Source: Jimgerdemannia flammicorona (taxonomy: Eukaryota). Taken from it: DNA of 38,793 nucleotides. Shown here one piece after another: positions 34,433-38,793 of this stretch. The notes beneath the pieces are model-generated. The model was not told the origin of the DNA. It saw only the letters and a list, made by a program, of their open reading frames with translations, and made no database searches. Location of the stretch: assembly GCA_003990765.1 (NCBI GenBank), contig RBNJ01000155.1, positions 1 through 38,793 of the forward strand, given 5' to 3'. Numbering within the stretch: the first letter of the stretch is position 1; every line of letters begins with the position of its first letter. The translations under genes and the position numbers were made by a program.

Positions 34433-36463
34433 ATGGTGACCAACGAGTATCCGGAGGTGCGTACGGGGCAGGGTGGCCCTGGAGCATTTGACTGGCAGCA
34501 AGTGGGGAGAGGCCCCGGCTTGAGGGGAAGTATGAGGGGCCTGCTGGTGGGGGGCCACGGTGGAAGAGGGGGTGGAGCTGGAGGTCAAGGGTCCGGTAGG
34601 GTGAGCTTTGCGGAGAAGGTGAAGGGGGGTCGACAGGGAGCTGGACTGGAGAGCTGGCTGAGAGGGGGGAAGGTACCGGTGGTGGCTTCCAGGCTGCAAC
34701 CGCTTGGAGGTGCCTCTCTGGAGGGCCATAGGAGTGGAGCTGGGGGAGCAGTGGCTGGGGCTGGGACTGCTGATGGAGGTGTAATGGGTGATCTGGAAAA
34801 AAATCTAGATGGGACTGCTGATGGTGAGCCGAGCAGTGGGAAGGGCACGAGGCCCGGGGACCTGGCGGATGGTGTAACAGGACTGGCGGTGGCTCCGTTA
34901 CTCAAGAAGTCGATCTCGGCATTCGCAGTCACGCTGTGCTTCAGGGGCTTAGCAGTAACAGCAAAAATGGTATTGGGGCTTATCGCTAAGCAGGTAGCAG
35001 GAGCGGCTTTGGTGAAGTTTCTGAAGGGACTGGAGGGGGTGGAGGTGGGATTTGAGGAGGTGGAACCACTGGAGGAGGCGCTGAAGGTTGGGTTAGTGGT
35101 TGGGGAGGTGTATGTTCTGATGGCAAGGTGCTTGAAATGGGATCCGAGGGTGGTCCAACTGCTGGTGAAAGGAGTACCCACGGTGACAGCGATGGAGACA
35201 AGGAAGAGAGTGGAGGATGTCATGGTGGGGTATGGTGAGGTAGTGGATATCGGATTTAGGGTCTGGGAAGGGACTGCGCTCAGGACTGGGGATGTGGATG
35301 TGAGGATTCGGCTAGCTGGGAAAGAGGCTACCGGGAAGACGAGGGACTGGCCTTCGGTGTTAGTCTGGGGGGCCTTTCTATGCAAGGTGACGCAGGTGAA
35401 AGGGAGTGAAGAAGAGGAGGAAGATTTATTGGAAGCACTGGAGGAGCTGGATGGGGCTGTGGAACGGCGAGCTAAGGCCTGGAAGACTTTCGAGGAGTCG
35501 ACGCTTCTGGAGGTGGTGGATGGAAAGAGGATTCGAGTGGACAAGGTGCAGTGGGAAAGGGCTCAAGGGCGGAAGAGGCAGAAGGATTTGCTGGCCAAGC
35601 TGGGGGGTGGTCATCAGAAGGTTGTGAGCATGAAGACAGGTACAGAAGGGGCTGGAGCGAGTGTCTGGGCTGGTGAGAGGAGTGGGAACGAAGGGGCAGG
35701 GTCCGGAAAGGCTAAGGAGGTGGAGATTAGAGACCTATATGCTGACAGCACCTTGGAGATTTGGGACGCCAGCTGGGAGAACTCCCCCACCCCTTCCCCT
35801 CTAATCAGGCGTGGCCCGGCTTCCAGGAACAAGCCCGGGGAGGACGTGATGATGCTGGGAACCCAGCAGGTGAAATTCAGCATTCCGGAGATATTGGATG
35901 GGGACCAAGTGGGGGCAGCAGGAGAGGAGGAACTGGTAGATGTCCCGGAGGTGTGGGATGAGGACGCGAGTGTGGGAGCGGACACCACAATGCTGGATGG
36001 AGGGAGGCCGGCGACCCCGGGTGGTAAGGAGGTGGGGAACCTACTTTGGATGTGCCAGATGATGAATAACCTGGCGGCGGACGAGCTGGGGGAGGTGGAC
36101 TTGCGAGGGATGGGTGATGAGTACTGGACGAGAATTTTGCAGGGGGAAGGAGTGGCGATGGCACTGAAGGCGGAAATTCTCACGGTGTACCTGGCAGAGG
36201 AAGGGTATGAGGTGGATAAGGAGAGGGAGGTAGAGTTGGCAGTGGTCATGGGGGAGAAGGCTAAATACTGTTGGAACAGGCGTCATGGGTTGCAACTTTG
36301 GTAGGAGGCTTGCATCGAGTACCGTGAGGAGTTTGAGGAGAAGGCTGATGAGGAGATGAATGAGCTGTTGGCTGGACTGGAGGCTCAGAGGGCCGAAGAG
36401 GAGGAGGTGATGGCTGAACATAATCTGGACATGGCATGGGAGAAGAGGGGCATGGAGCAGTAG
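34433..36463 (+). pseudogene. LINE b ORF1 (putative RRM-type nucleic-acid chaperone; one internal TAG at 36302)
   Basis: 623-aa track ORF continues in frame to TAG 36461-36463; LLVKGVP...YGEVVDI...RTG resembles Tx1-type ORF1; lies upstream of ORF2. Confidence 0.8.
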
Positions 36464-36493
36464 GGATTGATCGAGAACAAACCATATTTCATT

Positions 36494-38793
36494 ATGAATA
36501 GTACAACCAACATTTTTTCTTTGAACGTGAATGGGCTTAGGGGCACAGCTAGATGCAGGAACATTTTTCTTTGGTTGAAGGGATTGGAGGCCGATCTCTT
36601 CCTCTTGCAGGACGTCAGGTGTGAGGATGATGCTGATAGGATGGAATGGACTAAGGAATGGGGTGGTATGGCGATTTGGAACAGCAAGGTTGAGATTCTG
36701 GTTTGGAAAGGCAGAGGGGAGATAAAGGATGTGAGGAGCTGGGGGGAGAGACTGGTCTGGGGCGAGTGGATTCGCGCAGGTTGAGAGCCGGTCACAGTTG
36801 GCTCCTGTTACTGCCCTGCAGTGCGGGGGGAGTGTGTGGAATGGGGGAAAGGGTTACTGGAGAGTGGGATCCTTGCTGAAGCTGGGTTGGATATGCTTGG
36901 AGGAGATTTCAATATGGTTCGGGATGTACGACTGGATAGAACTGATGGAGGACGGGGTGCGGAGAGCAGGAGTGAGGGGTTAGCGACGTGGGAGGAGGTT
37001 GAAAGGCTAGGAGCACTGGTGGATGGTGGTAGGGAGCACTGGGGGGACAGGAGAGTATATATGCATTGGGCTGGAGGTCTGGGGACAAGGATTGACTGGA
37101 TTCTGATGGCCAACTGTTGGGACCACGATGTCTGGAAGGTGTTAGAGGTTGAATGGTGCCCATGGTCGGATCACTGGGGTCTCTTGGGACAGGGGTTTTT
37201 TGGGGGAAGTAGAGATGGGCCTGGACATTGGCGCCTGAATTCTTCCTTATTGGATGATGAGGTCTGGTGGGAGGAGTGGGCGAAAGACATTCAGCTGAAG
37301 GTGGCAAATTGGTGGCAGGAAGGGGCAGTAATTGGGGTTCGGTGGATGAGGATGAAAGAGATGACCAGGATGTATTGGAGCGAGGTTGGCAGAGTGGCTG
37401 GGAAGCAGCGAAGGCAGAAAGTACATTGGGCTTCTACTAGGTTGGCTAGGCTCCTGGAAGAATGGGTGAGACTGGCTGCAGTGGAGGGAGGAGAGGATTG
37501 GAGAATTACAAGGGTGAGGATGGAGGTTGGGGAACTGCAACAGGTGCTGTGGGAAGAGGAAGAGTCAAGGGTGCGAGGCCTGGTGGCTCGGCTTCATTGG
37601 CAGGGGGTGGAGGAAGGGGAGAGGCCTTCCAAGTTTCTCACAAGGACACTTCGGGCGAGAAGGGTACAACAGCAGTGGGAAGGGGTTCTTGACTCAGATG
37701 ATATACTAGTGCATGGTGTACAGGACATCCTTGGAACGCTGAAGGCGCGATGGAATAGATTGTGGAGTGAGGAGGAGGGTGGGGCAGATGCTACAGCCAT
37801 TGACCAAATATTAGAAGATTGGCGCCCACTGCAGGCTGAGGGACTAGGTGATCTGGTGATACCAGTAAAGGAGGATGAGATCCACCAGGTTCTTGCCGCG
37901 ACAGCCTCGGGTACGGTGCCTGGGGAGGATAGCCTCCCCTGGGATTTCTGGAAGTGAATGGTTGGAGTCCCGGGTATATTGGGGGAGTTGACAGCACTGT
38001 GTGACTCTATATTGCAGTCAGAGAGGTGGGTGGGAGAGCAGGACCTTGGGCTAGTGACGCTGCTCTATAAGAACAAGGGAAGGCAAGAGGATTGGAGGAA
38101 CTGGTGGCCGATAATGCTGTTAGATATGGATAGGAAGTTGGTGACTAAGGTGGTGGTGGCAAGGCTACAGAAGGTGGCCCAGCAGATTGTGGGTGTTGAA
38201 CAGAGGGGCTTCATTGGGGGTTGGCTCATTAGAGATGGTATGGCCTGGGTGCATGGCGTTATTGAAGGTACTCAAGCCTGTGGACTAGACGGGCGTCTTG
38301 TCTTCTTAGATCAGAAGAAGGCTTATGACCGGGTACAGCGGGTCTGGCTGGCGAAAGTATTGGATAGAATTGGAGTTCCGGCCTCATTTCGGTCGGTGAT
38401 GATCAGCTTACTGGAAAGGAGTAGGGCTGCGCTGGTGTGCAATGAACATCGAGGGGTGGCTTTCCCTCTGGGCAGGGGAGTGCCCCAGGGGGACCCACTG
38501 TCCCCCATTTTGTATGCTCTTTCTTTGGAACCCCTCATGGACAGGATTCGGCGGAGGATCGTGGGGCTATCTATCTATGGAGTTGGCTGGAAGGTTGGAG
38601 CCTTTGCGGACGACATGGTGGTTGGCTTGGGGGTGACTGCGGATGTCGAGGAGCTCCAGAAGACAGTGGAGTGGTATGAGGCGAACTCGGGGGCAAAGCT
38701 GAATTGGCACAAGTGTGAGACAATGGTGCTGGGCAATGGCTTGGTGGGTGGGGAGGTTATTGGAACAATTGTCCCCACCAGAGAGGCAGTGCG
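36494..38793 (+). pseudogene. LINE b ORF2 (APE endonuclease and reverse transcriptase), two in-frame stops, partial
   Basis: SLNVNGL, GGDFN, RIDWIL, SDH, GHWRLNSSLL, EGERPSKF, LDQKKAYDRV, GVPQGDPLSPILY, AFADDM, GAKLN; TGA at 36782 and 37955. Confidence 0.95.

Larger units (their letters stand above)
34344..38793 (+). mobile_element. L1/Tx1-like LINE b, 5'-complete, runs off the window
   Basis: Short 5' UTR, ORF1, 30-nt spacer, then ORF2 with APE endonuclease and RT. Confidence 0.93.

Noticed and set aside
32795..38778. Long Pro/Ser-rich minus-strand ORFs
   Set aside because: Antisense shadows of the G-rich LINE coding strand.

Overview
Eukaryotic, most likely fungal, repeat-rich DNA built from nested transposable elements, with strong C->T/G->A (RIP-like or methylation-driven) decay. 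A heavily decayed Ty1/copia element (~2.7-22.6 kb) hosts two full-length Ty3/gypsy LTR retrotransposons (A: 4442-11280, minus; B: 13186-21958, plus) and is followed by a related solo LTR (22600-23794). A CpG-retaining island (~24.1-27.3 kb) holds promoter-like motifs and a possible small spliced gene. It is followed by three foldback hAT-type MITEs, a second solo LTR, further copia remnants and two nested L1/Tx1-like LINEs running off the window end. The main discovery is the shared 'complex' layout of the two gypsy elements: gag-protease-(Cys/His motif)-dUTPase-RT-RNaseH in one frame, integrase in a separate +1 frame at an identical junction, and a third accessory ORF of unknown function. In B this ORF reads through the polypurine tract and ~1 kb into the LTR, as retroviral nef or sag do. 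All TE ORFs are interrupted and were reconstructed by eye; no database searches were run.
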